From Guillardia theta CCMP2712 (lineage: Eukaryota > Protista > Cryptophyta): 64,000 nucleotides of DNA. Every line of letters begins with the position of its first letter. Position 1 is the first letter of the stretch. Shown here one piece after another: positions 31,247 to 47,273 of this stretch. The position numbers and the translations under genes were made by a program. A model generated the notes under the pieces. That model saw only the letters and a list, made by a program, of their open reading frames with translations, ran no database searches and was not told where the DNA came from. Where the stretch lies: NCBI RefSeq assembly GCF_000315625.1, contig NW_005434481.1, forward strand, positions 1 through 64,000, given 5' to 3'.

Positions 31247-34200
31247 GGTGCAAGAATAGTCGAGGACAAAGCTGCCTGAAAAGGCGAGAGCAAAAAAAAT
31301 CGAATCAAAATGAAATCAGCGACACGGATAGAGCTGAAGACAAGGGTGACAGTGGAGGAATAGGTTGAATGAAATGTGTTCGAGAAGAGAAGAGGGGAGA
31401 GGGGGGGAGGGGAAGCGTAGGAGAAGGGCGTGTAGGGGGTTGAGCAGCGAAGGTGATGGAGGAAACGGGGAATGGAAGGGATTGTAAGCACGGGGAGAGG
31501 AAGGAGACAACAGGAAGGGAAAGGGGGGGGTAGACCACCCCACCCTCTTCGTATTTTCAACTACCAAGTACCCTTCGCTCTCCTGAACAGATATGGGTAG
31601 TGCGTTTTAGGATGGGGTAGGTCACATCAGCAGAAAGAAGCTCAACTCAAGGTAGGTGGTGAAACAGTTTCTACTACCCCATCATTGCATAGCAATTTTC
31701 CATTAAAATATATGGTGGGTTTGTGAAGAGACCATCGGTTTAGGGGTGGGGGTATCTCAACCACAGCGCACGAGTCCGTGACAGGGGGTGGTCTAACCAT
31801 GGGGGTTCCATGGCTTGAAATTGGAGGATGGGGTTGGTGTGACATGGTGTGAGATTTTCACTGGGGTGAGGGTAGTTCTAAATGGCCTTTGAAGGGTGGG
31901 TACCTTAGTGTCAGGGACACCACCAGGTACTTTTGATGTATTATAGATGGGTCCTGGTAATGATGCCGCTCGCTATCGAGACCGGTACCCCTCCTGGATA
32001 GAACTGGCGCTCAATGCTACCCCACCCTAACCCCAAGGACCCCCTCATTCGAAGGAATGCACTTTCTGGGCTAGAAGCAAGTAGACCGCTTTTTCTCCTC
32101 AACCACCCACCCCACATGATGCCTTTACTTCGATCGGAAGACCCCAAAATCGTGAGATTTGTGACATAGATTACGAGATTTTCATTTCTTTTGTCCTCAG
32201 TGTTTGAATATTTCATAAGATCTTTGAAAAATGACATTTGAGCCGGATGCCTTGATGAAATTGAGTTGGTAGGGTAGTGTACTGTGATTGTAGCTGACGA
32301 TGGGGGACAATGGGGTTGATATATAACTACTTATAAACGACCAAAAACTCTGAATTTGCATCGCTTCGGTTATTATAAGAGCTTTATAGCAATCACGAAA
32401 AACATGACTTATAACACGAATTTGTAGGAGGAGGCTGCCATGAGATACCAATCGTTTGGAATCTTAAAGGTCGAGATCTTTGCTGACCCAAAAACCACCC
32501 CTCCTTACTATGCGCCCCCACCTACCCACCCCCTCTTCCAATTCCGCCCAAGATTTTGGCCAGATCTTAGCTAAATCTTGAGGAACAAGGGGAAATGTGG
32601 TAAACTAGAGCACTCTTGTAACGAGGCTTGCATGACAAGGATAAGGGTCGCTGTTTGTGTGATTCTCTACAAGTAGAAATACAAGAGCCGGGCACCCGAT
32701 TGATTTCACCTGTGAGCGTGCTTAAGCAGTATCCGGGTAAAGTTTGGTCCCAATTGAAGTAGTCAGGGTCGGAAAGGGAAACACATAAGCACTGGGGTCA
32801 TATATGGGGTCGTTGGAGACACGTTTTTTTTTAATCAAGATCTCAAACGCAGTTGTTTCAAAGGAGAGCTGACATCATGAATTGGAATATGGTACACACA
32901 AGATCTGATCTCCGGTCAGCAGATCTCGTAGAGTGGCAAGATCCGAAACGATATGTTTCTGGGTACAGTCAGGAGTCTTCGTTTCAATGTGATTCCAAAG
33001 AATCGAAATTCGCATCTCTTGAATGTGTGTAAAACACGTTCAAGGAGACGGACAAGCGTCGGTCACGTTACTAGTCACGATCCTTATTTGGTGCAAAGGA
33101 AATCTGATCTCCTCCAATCTCTATCTAACAGTACCCCCCCACCTCCGATAATCGAATCATGTAGTAGGGGGAAGGGGGTGGTCTTCAAAAATCTGATCCG
33201 TCCTTTCGCAGATGGAAACCTCCAGAAGTGTCGAGACTGGGTCGGAAGAACACACCGATCAGATATATCTGCTGACAGGTCTTTATGTGAGAGAGTCTAA
33301 AGGTTTGCATGTTTAAAAAAAAAGTTTATGGATATGGTACTAACCAACGGACAGGACTTTGAGTAAAGTAGGACCCCGGGCGCCGGCCGGTGGCCCGGGG
33401 CCGCCCCCGGGCCACTGCAGAGCAAGCCTCGGTACCTCGTACTGATCTTTAACTTAACTTTCAGTAAACCCAGGTGCACATCAGTTGCCAGTATGGAGAC
33501 AGCGTCGGTACTGTGAAGCAAGAGCAACAGCTTCGAGACGACCATGATCTTGCTTATCTTCTCGCATTGACAGAGTGTTCGACACCATGACTCATCTCAA
33601 TACAACTCTCTCTCAAACTTGCATGAAATTATTCAGCCAAAGTACTCGCATTCAAGGCGAACTTCGTCGTCACTTCGATCTCCAAGACGACCTGTTAATC
33701 TACATTGACTGTATTTCTCGTCGCAGGATCTGCATTCCGTAAGCTGCTGGTAAACAAGTTTGAAACAAATTCGGAGATCTTGAGCGGTGCGATGGACTTG
33801 GGCTGGAGCTTGGCTGTTGTAGTCTGATCTTGGAGAGTAATGTTGGTTGTTGTCAGCCAAGGCTGATCGCTGACTTGGAATGAGTGAGGGCGACGACGCT
33901 GGTCGAGCCTGCTGCTCGGTGTATGTAGCGGCCTGAGCGATGAGATCCATGGCGTCGCGAGCGGCTTGCATGTGAACTTCGATGGCTTCTCTGGACTCGA
34001 GTACGAAGTTGAAGAGAAGTTCTCGCCAAGCGCAAGCCTTGAAGCGTGGTTGTGGACTGCAGTACCTCGTGAAGTGGAAAGATTATTCCAACGCCGCTTC
34101 AGAGCAATCGTGGCTGCCAGCAAAGACTCCCCGTCAACGCTCTTGAATTCATCTGATGATAGCCTCGGATGCTTTCGATCAAGCAGCGCAGGAAGACGCG

Positions 34201-34694
34201 GCGTCAGCTTTTTGGTTACGGGGTTCTCTTCCTGACTTGGTCTGCAATTGATTCATCAACGGCTTGCGCTTGCACATTACTGCTCTGCCAACGGTGGTGA
34301 AATCAATGGGTAACGCTCAGCGGCTTCAGGACTCGGCCAACTTCCCTTGACTTTCGCCTGCTTAAGGAGGACGCAGTGAAGATCGATAACGAAATGAACA
34401 CCAAGGACCATGGTAGTACTGGCGGCCGACAATCGTCAGGTCTACTCCATGCAGGTCGGTAATCGTTCATTCTCCTCCCCTCCAACGCACACGAGGAGGC
34501 TGCTTTCAACCGGTTGTACTCCATGAAACTCACCCGTTCTTTTCCTGTAACCCATCTACAGATATCCAGCAACTGTCATTTTGTTGCTCAAGACTCGTCC
34601 TTTCCAGCAGAATGATGAAGCTTAGATTGACCCTGGGTACCCCAGCAAGTCAGTTTCGAACACGAGTACGAGGCTTCATTCTGATAGCCCTTTA

Positions 34695-35348
34695 TTGCGT
34701 CAGATTTGCACTCTCATCGTTCCTTGTGCCTGCGAGAGCAACTATAGAAGGAGACGATTGACCACCACAACGGTGCATGTCATAATCGAACACTGCAACC
34801 AGAAAGTGGTGGAGAAGCGAGCTTTTGGCTGGATCCAAGGCCCGCCGGGAACGGGGAAGACGACGACGACGCTAGCCTTCTGCTTGTCTCTTGACATGAG
34901 GGAATGGAGCGTAACGCTCATCAGGCTGAATGCATCCGACAACGTTGATTGCATCCAAATCGTGGACGGTAAGAGGAGATCGTGCAGCATTCCAAAGCGC
35001 TCCTCGTGGGAAGGAATCAACAGAATGCTGGAAGAATGGCAGGACTACAAGAAGGGTTTTGTGGTCCTGGACGGGTTCTTGAGGCATGAATCACATCACG
35101 TAGACTTCTTGGACGCATGTAGGAAATGGCTGCTAGCTGATCGAGAGAATCGGCGGGTTGTAGTAGCGACATCGATGTTGGAGACCCAGTCGGGAGGAGA
35201 ACCCCGTCCTCCGACGCACACGAGGAGGCTGCTTGTACTCCATCCAGGCTCGCCCGTTTCTTCTTCTGTAACCCAGCACGGATATTCAGCCCCTGTCAGT
35301 TTGTTTCACAAGACCCGTCCTTTCCAGCAGTCCTTTCCAGCAGAATGA
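34695..35348 (+). pseudogene. Chimeric fragment of the CR element (upstream piece, Walker A/B segment, single 36-bp unit)
   Basis: 34801-35177 duplicates 36409-36783. 35180-35250 contains one array unit with its normal flanks. Confidence 0.75.
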
Positions 35349-35397
35349 TTGAGCTTAGATTGAGCGCCCTGGGTACCCCAGCAAGTCAGTTTCAAAC

Positions 35398-37770
35398 GTG
35401 AATACCAGGCTTCATTCTGATAGCCCTTTATTGCGTCAGATTTGCACTCTCATCGTGCCTGGTGCCTGCTTGCAAGGTGGCCTAGCTCGACAGTGCTTCG
35501 ACGTGGTAAGGATCTGTAAGCTATGGATCTGTAAGCTTTTAGTCTTCTTACACGTTCTGATCATACGAACATTCTTCGCTCCTTTACTTGTAACATACAT
35601 GTCGCTACCCAGCTTCAAGTCCACACTTCTCCGTCGACCCTCGAGGCGCACCATTGGTGAAAGGTTTTTCTTTAGTACCCCCACTGATGACCCCTACCGA
35701 GTGCCGTATATTCGTGGGTACTGCTCGGTGCGCTGTATGGCAGAGCAGGTCGGCAAGGCTGACAAGGACCCGCTTGCTGAGGTCAAGACGCGCAGCCCGC
35801 AGAGAGAAGCAAGAGGGCGAGGGGCGAGGGCTATGGGCGCTAGGGAGGGAGGACGAGGTGATATCTCGGGAGGGGGGGAGATATGCGAGTCATCGCCGGA
35901 AGGGAACAACGAGGCGAGCAAGAGGCGCCGGGTGTGCTACTCTGGGATGAATGTCAGTAACCAGTCTGCCGAGCAGGAAGGAGAAGGATATGTCAAGCCT
36001 GTAGGAACAGATATCAAGGGGGTAGAAGAAAAGATCGAGCATGTAGAAGCTAAAATAAGGGGGGTAGAAGGAAAGATACAGCTTGTGGAACAAAACATCC
36101 GGGATGTACTGGATCAGATCAGACATGAACAGGATCCCACGATGAAGGCTGCCCTTGTCAGGAGACACGAGCAGCTTGGAGCACGTCTGACGCAGCTTGG
36201 AGAAGAAAAACTTATCCTTTTGAGACAGAGCACCGGATCCCATGTGCCACCGATTGCTTGGATCGAGTCAGATGCAAGACTGGATCGGACGGGCTTTTGC
36301 AACGACCACAAGTACTTTCGTCTCGATGCATCCTACCTACAAAGAGACGGAGAGCTTCTTCTCTACTGCCGGGAAGCTTTCAAGAATCAGCATTGTTTCC
36401 TGAGGGAGAAGGTGGTGGAGAAGCGAGCTTTTGGCTGGATCCAAGGCCCGCCGGGAACGGGGAAGACGACGACGACGCTAGCCTTCTGCTTGTCTCTTGA
36501 CATGAGGGAATGGAGCGTAACGCTCATCAGGCTGAATGCATCCGACAACGTTGATTGCATCCAAATCCTCGGCGATAAGAGGAGATCGTGCAGCATTCCA
36601 AAGCGCTCCTCGTGGGAAGGAATCAACAGAATGCTGGAAGAATGGCAGGACTACAAGAAGGGTCTTGTGGTCCTGGACGGGTTCTTGAGGCATGAATCAC
36701 ATCACGTAGACTTCTTGGACGCATGTAGGAAATGGCTGCTAGCTGATCGAGAGAATCGGCGGGTTGTAGTAACGACATCGATGTCTTCTCGAGGAAAGAC
36801 AAACGATGAAGCTGACAATCGGGTGAATCTCCAAGAGCACACCGTTGTATCTTGGACGGAGAGTGAGTACCTGGAAGCAGTGGAGTGGGACGATTTCTAT
36901 CAGGGTGTAGCATGCATGCTGGAGGAGGACGAAAGTGCGGCGAGCATGGGCTTGAAGACATGGAAGAGGAACAGGTCTGAACGAGAGAAGATCAAGCTGA
37001 AATACTACCTGGCTGGCGGCTCATGTCGGTACATGTTCGAGACGCCCGCATCATTGGTGAAACAGAGGCTGGATACGGCTTTGAGATTCTGTCCAAACCT
37101 AGAAATCATCTTCAATGGCAACATAGGCGACTCATCACCGCAGACTGTAAACCGCTTGATTGCGTGCTTCGAGTACAACGGGGAATCGAACTGGATGCCT
37201 GTGAGCAAGTATGTCGCGACGAAGCTTGCAGAAGCGGTAGAACTAGACACGTTGACGAGGCTTTTCTCAAAGTATGGGGCAAGCAATCCGACTACAAGGG
37301 GCCATCTTTTCGAGCTTTTCTTTTTCAAGAAGATCAAGTACGGGCTGAGCCTGAGGTATCGGGGATCTCAAGAGCTCACGCAATGGGAGGGATGTCCAGT
37401 CATCACCTTTGATGCAAAGGGAGGCATGCAAACGCTTCCTGCAGAGAGAACTTGCTTGAAGCCCGTCAACCCCCTTCAAGGAGGCTACGACGCTATCATA
37501 GTAGAGCCTCGCGGGAAGTTAGTAGAGTTTGTGCAGGTGACAGAGGCAAACGTCCACGCTTTCAAGCTGGCTTTCTTCGCAGAGGCTCTCACGGGGCTTG
37601 GCATCCCAGCAGCTGGATGGAAGGTGAGGGTGGTGTTCATGGTGCCGCGAGAAAGTCTCGAGGCCTTTCGGATAGGTCAAATCACGGGCAGCGGTGCGCT
37701 GGAGGAGTACGGATGGAAGCGAGGGCAGGAAGGGAGGCAGGCAGAGGTAGCGGGTATTGATATCGCGTGA
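35398..37770 (+). CDS. CR NTPase-nuclease protein, inverted dispersed copy
   Basis: Same motifs, one fewer heptad, several substitutions (KRAFGW, GESNW, DIA end). Homology to the tandem copies ends ~30 nt after the stop. Confidence 0.8.
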   Translation: MNTRLHSDSPLLRQICTLIVPGACLQGGLARQCFDVVRICKLWICKLLVFLHVLIIRTFFAPLLVTYMSLPSFKSTLLRRPSRRTIGERFFFSTPTDDPYRVPYIRGYCSVRCMAEQVGKADKDPLAEVKTRSPQREARGRGARAMGAREGGRGDISGGGEICESSPEGNNEASKRRRVCYSGMNVSNQSAEQEGEGYVKPVGTDIKGVEEKIEHVEAKIRGVEGKIQLVEQNIRDVLDQIRHEQDPTMKAALVRRHEQLGARLTQLGEEKLILLRQSTGSHVPPIAWIESDARLDRTGFCNDHKYFRLDASYLQRDGELLLYCREAFKNQHCFLREKVVEKRAFGWIQGPPGTGKTTTTLAFCLSLDMREWSVTLIRLNASDNVDCIQILGDKRRSCSIPKRSSWEGINRMLEEWQDYKKGLVVLDGFLRHESHHVDFLDACRKWLLADRENRRVVVTTSMSSRGKTNDEADNRVNLQEHTVVSWTESEYLEAVEWDDFYQGVACMLEEDESAASMGLKTWKRNRSEREKIKLKYYLAGGSCRYMFETPASLVKQRLDTALRFCPNLEIIFNGNIGDSSPQTVNRLIACFEYNGESNWMPVSKYVATKLAEAVELDTLTRLFSKYGASNPTTRGHLFELFFFKKIKYGLSLRYRGSQELTQWEGCPVITFDAKGGMQTLPAERTCLKPVNPLQGGYDAIIVEPRGKLVEFVQVTEANVHAFKLAFFAEALTGLGIPAAGWKVRVVFMVPRESLEAFRIGQITGSGALEEYGWKRGQEGRQAEVAGIDIA

Positions 37771-37990
37771 GCTCACCGGCATTAGCAAGGGAGAGCGGGG
37801 GAGGCGTATGGCAGGCGAGGCAAAGATCCGACAAGGAGCGGCGGCTGGTCACCAAGAGTCTGGGAAGATGATCAGCCTGATGAGATTGACGTGTTGTGGA
37901 ATAGACTCTTCACTCGCAGGGCCCGGGTAGTGTGTACTGAGAGGTTGAAAGGCAAACTAGTTGATCACTTTCACGTTGTACTTGACTCAA

Positions 37991-38058
37991 CAGTGTCATA
38001 ATGTGAGACGGTAGCCCAACGTGCCAGTGTCATAATGTGAGACGGTAGCCCAACGTGC
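37991..38058 (+). repeat. Perfect 34-bp tandem duplication
   Basis: CAGTGTCATAATGTGAGACGGTAGCCCAACGTGC x2. Confidence 0.9.
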
Positions 38059-39949
38059 ATTACGCTCATACAACTTGACTTGGCTTGTGCTTACTTGAGT
38101 TCGAAGTCTCTCCGACCGTTCACATCTCCTAAGTTGCGCACCTCAGGGAGTCATTGCGATGTACTGCTGCAATTTCCCTGATCTCCTTGATGAAACGTGC
38201 CAATATGAAGCCTCACAGTGAAGGAAACACATGATTCTTGAAGCTTTAAGTCTGCTGCCCACTTGTTACCAAACGGCGGAGGCCGGCCCCCGCTTGGCTT
38301 GAAGGTTCAACCGGTTGCCTGCCGACTGGCGGCTCACGGTGGAACCGTATCCGACTCCGGTGGCCGGCGGCGGTCGGAGCCTGGCCGCGTCACTCAGAGG
38401 CTTTCATGCGCCCACCCGGAGGTTTTGATGGATCCGATACATGATGCGGCGGCCAGCCGACGGTGCCAGTCAGATAATGATAGCCCCACTGAGCCAAGTT
38501 AACAAAAACTCTCCTGTAAACCAAGACGACTTACTCGGCGTGTTTCAAGCCTCGGAGGCAACTTGAATGTAGTGCAGAGACGAAGAGGAGACTCCTTCCC
38601 CGGGCCGCGGGCGACCTAGCGTGTGGGTGCTCAGCCTAGACGGTGTGTTTCACATTCTAGCATACAGTCTATGAAGGCTCTCATGTGCTCCTCAATGCCT
38701 TGAGCAAAAACTCACTGAGTCAGGTCTTGTTACCATTGAGATTGATGTGATATCTGCTTGACTTGAAGTCACGGAGTTGGCACAGCCTACAAGTCTAACA
38801 ACTTGACTTGCCAAACTTGTGCTCCCGGCTGAGTCCGTTCAAGCTTAAGTTTGGCAAAGTGGATCGCCCCGGCGGCGGCCGCCGGCGCCGTGGCCCCGCC
38901 GGTCCGATCATCATGACGCTACTCAAACGGCGCTACTAGGCCCGGCCACTAGTGCCCATCGGGGCCCGGGCCTGGGCCCGGGCCCGCCGGGTCATGGGTC
39001 ACCGGGTTGGTACGCCGTGCGCCGGTCCGATCCGATCCGATCGGGCACTGGGCCCGGCCCGGTGACAGTCCGGTCCGATCCGGCTTTTTTTCCTTGGAAG
39101 GTTTTCTGGTTACAAGTACCCCTCCTTTCTAGTACATTTCCCAGGACTTGGGATAGGTACGGCTGTCGTTCCAGAACAGGCTGTACCCCAAGCACAATCA
39201 CCCCGATTTCTTTACCCACCCCTACACACATTCAAGCTCAATTTGAATGTACCCCTCCATTGCACTAGAGGTAGAGGCGGTTCTCAAGTCAAAATCTTAC
39301 AAATACCCACCCCCACCCTTCTCAAAAACACCCCCTCCTAACGCGCAGCACCAAACAGATCTCACCCCTATTTTCTAGCTCAGTTGTTGAGATTTTTGAG
39401 GGTGGGGTAGATGGAGCTGTGGAGCTGCTAGCCAGGGGGACACCCTGTCCTTCGTCAACCTGTCACTATGCAGAGTCGAAGGATCAAAATTTCTTTGTTC
39501 TTGCTGATGCATGTTGTGCATGCCTCATATTTTTCCTCCCTCATCTTCATATTCCTGCAGCATGCCCTCCTGCATTCCTGTATCACAATTTGTTTCTCTT
39601 TCCTCTCTAAGTGACCCTATCCCTTGGTTCCCTTTGCGATGGGAAACCATCGAATTGTTTATCGAACATTCATGTATCATTGTCTTTGTACGTTACCATC
39701 TCCAAGAGGTCTCGTTTGATTATCTTTTCGTTGTGATTCTATCATTTGACTTATGCAAAGTGCATTGTTCCTGGAAATGTATGTCTCGTCTGGTCTGATC
39801 AAAAATGTGTTTGCTGCCACATGAAGCTTTAGAATGTAAAAATGCCGATGAATTCTTGATGCTTCTCGAGCTATTTTCAATTGAAACATCGTATCGTTAT
39901 GTCAAAGTGAAGCGTTGCTGATGCTTGTTTTGTTTTGTTCAGGAACAAA

Positions 39950-42580
<2,631 letters not shown>

Positions 42581-43587
42581 ATTGGCTATCGTTGTAGTTC
42601 AACAGGTAGTGCTCCTTTCGGGCTGGCGATTGGCCGCCCTCAGCTTTCCTGCTGTTCGCTGCAAGTAAAGATTTTGATTGCGCATGGGCATGTCTCGTCA
42701 GTTCTCCTTGCCATTCTGTTGTCAGTCTCATTGTTCAACTCAGATAGAGTTGAGCTGTTGCAGTTCTCTTGTTGTCAAATCAGTTTCGAGGCGAACAAGC
42801 TTGATAAGAGCATGTTTGCCTACTTCACTCTCCGATAACGAGATGTTGGAGCCTTGGAGAACATAACAGCGATTTATTGCAAGCAAATGCAGCATAGTAG
42901 AGAAAAGATGGCATGGAGCACTTTGATTTAAGCCTTACGGCCGAAATGCAAGGTTAGTTTGAGTTGGGTAAGTTGAGTGAGATGATTTGAGGTGAGATAA
43001 GGGGGACTGGCAGAAGTTGCATCGAGATCAAGTATCATATTCAACACAAGACGAATTGAGACAAATTGAAATAGTTATGCAAGAATCAGCATCTTTATCG
43101 TCGTTGTTCATGACTTCATTCCAACTCAACAGAGTGTCTCCTGTGTCTACAAACCTAATCGTCATCACTTAAAGTTGGTGAACTCCCTCACCATGAATGT
43201 TTGCAACGCCATCTACTCATGGAGCAGCATAATTGCAATCGCACTGAGCGTCTGCTAGTATGAGATCACTGCAGCCGTCAGTTGCAGGATGGAATTACAT
43301 CCATCGGATAATCTCTTCCGATCAAAATCTGGTAAGCTTGTTCTGTTTGTTACTTCTACAACGCAGCCCTCCTTTCGTTTCAACTATGACGTCTCTTGAC
43401 GATAATGGAGACCAAGTTTCTATTGCAAAGCTTATTTATTTCATAATCACGTTTCACAGGTTGTGTTTTATTGTACAACATTCATCACTCGAGAGTTGAT
43501 TGGTGGCTACTAACTTACAACTGAAAGAATCGATCTTCAAGAATAATCGCGCGTCTCATTGACATGTCTTCGATGCCTCTCACTCGT

Positions 43588-44030
43588 TCACAAAGACACG
43601 CATCGCATCTTCGCTGCCAGAAATTCTTCCAGACTGACTACCCCGCTGCCAGTGTGCATGTTGTCGAACAGATCCGCCAGCTCGTCTTGGCTCATTCTAT
43701 GTCTCAGACCCTCAAACAAGGTGTCGACCGGGAGAACTCCTTCATCTGGTGCACAGTAAGAAAACAGCAGTGAACTCTCCTCTCCTCTCCCTAACCTTTC
43801 TTGTCCAACCTCTTGAACTCCCATCGCGCGCTAGCATCGACGCTCTCGGCATACTCGGAGAAGTTCATCTCCAAAGCATTCCTGAAGGCGTCACAGACCT
43901 CCTTGGTCATGGCTACTTTCCTTGCATAGCCGGCCTTGCAAGTTTTCCAGCCGAGCCTGTCCGGCAACGGCACTTCTTCGAAGTCGACAGAGGACGTAGA
44001 GGACGTGGAGGACATTGGTGATTCCGCCAT
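43588..44030 (-). CDS. Small degenerate EF-hand protein, one intron
   Basis: WEFKRLDK..DEGVLPVDTLFEGLRHRMSQDELADLFDNM..SGVVSLEEF aligns with the C-terminal EF pair of the gene at 51-52.6 kb. Confidence 0.6.
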
Positions 44031-46036
44031 ATGTTGTGTGTATCGAGACTCTAGATCACTAGAATATGAAGGAAGCGACTGCTGCAGGAGAAGGGAGGAG
44101 GAGAAGGGCGGGAAGGAAACGAGATGCAGGAGGGGTGGGCAAGAAGCTTCAAGGAGCGAGCGAGGAAGCAGGAAGAGCCAATGGAGGAAAGGAGCAGATG
44201 AGGACGCGGTTGAAGGAGTGGGAAGGGAGGTGCTAAGGGTCATGGCGCAGAGCGATGGGGTATAGGGGGTAGGGTCCATTGGCAAGGAATGGACTTTAGT
44301 AGATTGGTGGGTGTTCACTGATAGTAAATGAGGGGTGGGGTGGTGATAAAACTTCGAAGGATGTAGCACGGGTGCTCACTTATGAGGGGGGGGGTAGGGT
44401 AGGAAAGAAATGTCTTGCAAGTTGATTGGATACGTTGGGGGTGGGTATAGAAGGAATTAAGTGAACTGACCATAAGGGGTAGATGCCACCCAGAATTTCA
44501 TCCAATATTTGGAGCGTAGATATATAACTTACTAAATTTGAAATATCATCAGAATGTTCACGATTAGAACTTAACTATTCACCCACCCCTGTATGAGCCC
44601 CACCTAGGTTCGGTCAACCCGAATTGACCACCCCTACCTCTCCCGTATGTTTTGATTGCGGTCAACAACCGATGACCACCAGATATTAATAATACTAGTA
44701 AGCTTATCAATAACCATTATAAGTATAAATATTTATTGCCAAGGGCTGCTGCAAAATTCGTCCTTGAAAATGTTACAGAGATTTTGAAATTTCATGGAAA
44801 ATATCGAAAAAAGGAACGAAAAAGAATGAGATTTAAATAGCCAAGTATCTTTTACGAACATACCAAGTATCATTTACGACCAGGTGGGGTGGGGTAGTCA
44901 AACAGTGGGAAGGTAGGGGAAACAAAGAGCAGGACCGGTGCTGACTGAAGATCACTAGGGGTCATGATGTTCAGTGGTAGTGTGCAAAGGCACCGGTTAG
45001 TATTGAAAGTGTCTTGGTTTTAAGAGATGTAGTACCCCATTTTTCGATTTGAAAGAAGGGGTGGTGATTTTGGTTGAGGGGTGTCAGGATTACCTCTATG
45101 CTAAAGAGTGGGTACGGATGAAGAAGAGGGGGTCCTCATTGGATCATGTTGATAATGAAGGGGGTAGTGTGCTCCGTGTAGTGTTAGAGGAGGGGTACTC
45201 CTGTAGTCTAGGGAGCTGTGTCAGCAAGGGAAGTAAAAACGGGGGTGGGTCCAACCGGTGAGCCTTTGACTTGCTGATTTTCACTGCAGGGCAATAATGA
45301 TGGGAAAGGCATGGGGGTATAGGTGATGTATTTATCGAGTGGATCAATAACTAAATCGGCGATATATATGACCCTATAATTGATCCAAAGAGAGTTCGAT
45401 CAGCAGGCTCGTGCCTTGGGCTCGATTTTTTCCACTGTGCCTGTCTACCTTTGTGTGGCAGGTACTCTTTGGTGAGCCTTGGGGGTCTTTCATTTCATAA
45501 GTGTGGCACTAAGTTCATATGGGTAGGTATAGAGAAGGGGCCCATGGCTCAGTTTACCCCTGAGTTGACTTCTTTGCCAGGCACAACTGCAGGAGAAGAG
45601 GGGCTGACATGCTCTTTGTATCATATGGGCTCACTTAAGAAATCTCTGTCCATTACCCCTTCCCTCCTATAACCGACCCCTTCCTATTTGTCAGTTCCGT
45701 GAGTCTGAAAGGGGTGCCCTCGGGCCTTCCGATCTCGGACTGCCCGACGCACGAATCATGGGGCTTTTCAAAAAGGCGTGTAGGACTCGAGGGGCTACAC
45801 GCCAATTTCATCACTGAGAATACAGGAGCAGGTAGACGAAGAGGTAGTAGGAAAAGGGGGAGGGGAGGGGAGGGGAAGGGAGTGGCACAGCAAGGGTAAA
45901 AGTGTAGGGAGAAGAATGGATTCATCTATCGCCACGTTGCTTCAATGAGCAGTGGATTCACAACAAATTTCAGAAGATCCGATGTCATAACTTTCCGCTG
46001 TGGCTTGAAGTTGGAGGTGTCATTTGAGAGGTGAGG

Positions 46037-47273
46037 ATGTACACAAGACAGAAGCAAGTCCTGAAAAGCCTTTCAAGTTTCGCAGCTCTTGTGCTAGAAA
46101 TGCGGGAGCATCACCTTCCCTGATATTTCCACCTCCACCCCCATCTCAATCTCGTTCTCTGCCTGTCGGGGTCACCAGACTCAACAGCTCCAGTTCACCT
46201 GTGTTTGTGCCCTCCACAGGACGATCGTCTCCTAGCATGAAGAGCACGGAAGTTTCCTCACGCAGAGCTGATTCTCTGTGTTGTGGCTTGAGTTTCACCG
46301 CCAGATCCCTGGGGAGCCGGGCGGTCTTGACGACGAGGTCTATACCGGGCTGCACGGGAGCGGCCCCGAAGATCATGACAGGGGCCACGCTGACCTCATG
46401 GCCATCATTGGCCTGAGCGGAGGCGATCTTGAGCAGTGTCTCCCATGGGACTCCGCCCGCGGTCGTGTTGCTTACAGAAGATCTGCAGGGCACGCACGAA
46501 CGGGTGCTGGCAGGAGTAGATTAGAGGGGCTGTATGTTGCCTCTCACTCAGCTTGCACAGGCGCGTGGTCATATTTTGCCGGTATGAAATGCTTTATGAT
46601 TTATACACTCGATACACCGTCTGTCTTGTCCTCGGCGGATGACGGGCTCATTTCCGAGTGCTTCCTCTTCGTTGCCGTTTATATGCCCGCGCGGCCGAGT
46701 CTGTTTTTCGGTCAGTAATCATACGGTAGACGATGGAGTCCGAGAGCAGCTTGACACTGCCAAGATTCCCGGAGAGATGGCAGGTGTCGGGGTAGCTATC
46801 GGAGAAGCCCTGGCTCCATGCGAGCGCCTTGGTCTTGAAATCCTTCCAGTTGGTGTTGGATAGGGCAGAGCAGTCGGAGGGGAGCCTCTCTGACATGCTC
46901 TCACTGCGAATTTTGTTCTCTACCTTGCCCAGCACTGTCTCCATCTGGTCTCTCGAAGATAGCGGAAAGATAATCGATCTCTTGTCACTCAAGGCTTCCG
47001 AGCCCAACAACGTTTCGTGCAAGTCGTCTGGGATCATGTTCAAGGCTTCCGAGCCCAACAACTTTTCGTGCAAGTCGTCTGGGATCATGTCGGCCAAAAG
47101 AAGGCAGGTGTCGGGGTAGCTATCGGAGAAGCCCTGGCTCCATGCGAGCTCGTCTCCCGAAGATAGCGGAAAGATAATCGATCTCTCATCACTCAAGGCT
47201 TCCGAGCCCAACAACTTTTCGTTCCAGTCGTCTGGGGTCGAGTCTTCGATCCTTGAGCCCATGTTGTTCAAGC
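46037..47273 (-). repeat. Copy 1 of a ~1.2-kb direct duplication encoding a decayed unknown protein; internal 51-bp repeat at ~46990-47091
   Basis: Near-identical to 48247-49345 in blocks. Shared peptides VLGKVENKIRSESMSERLPSDC..WKDFK and APVQPGIDLVVK. Confidence 0.8.
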
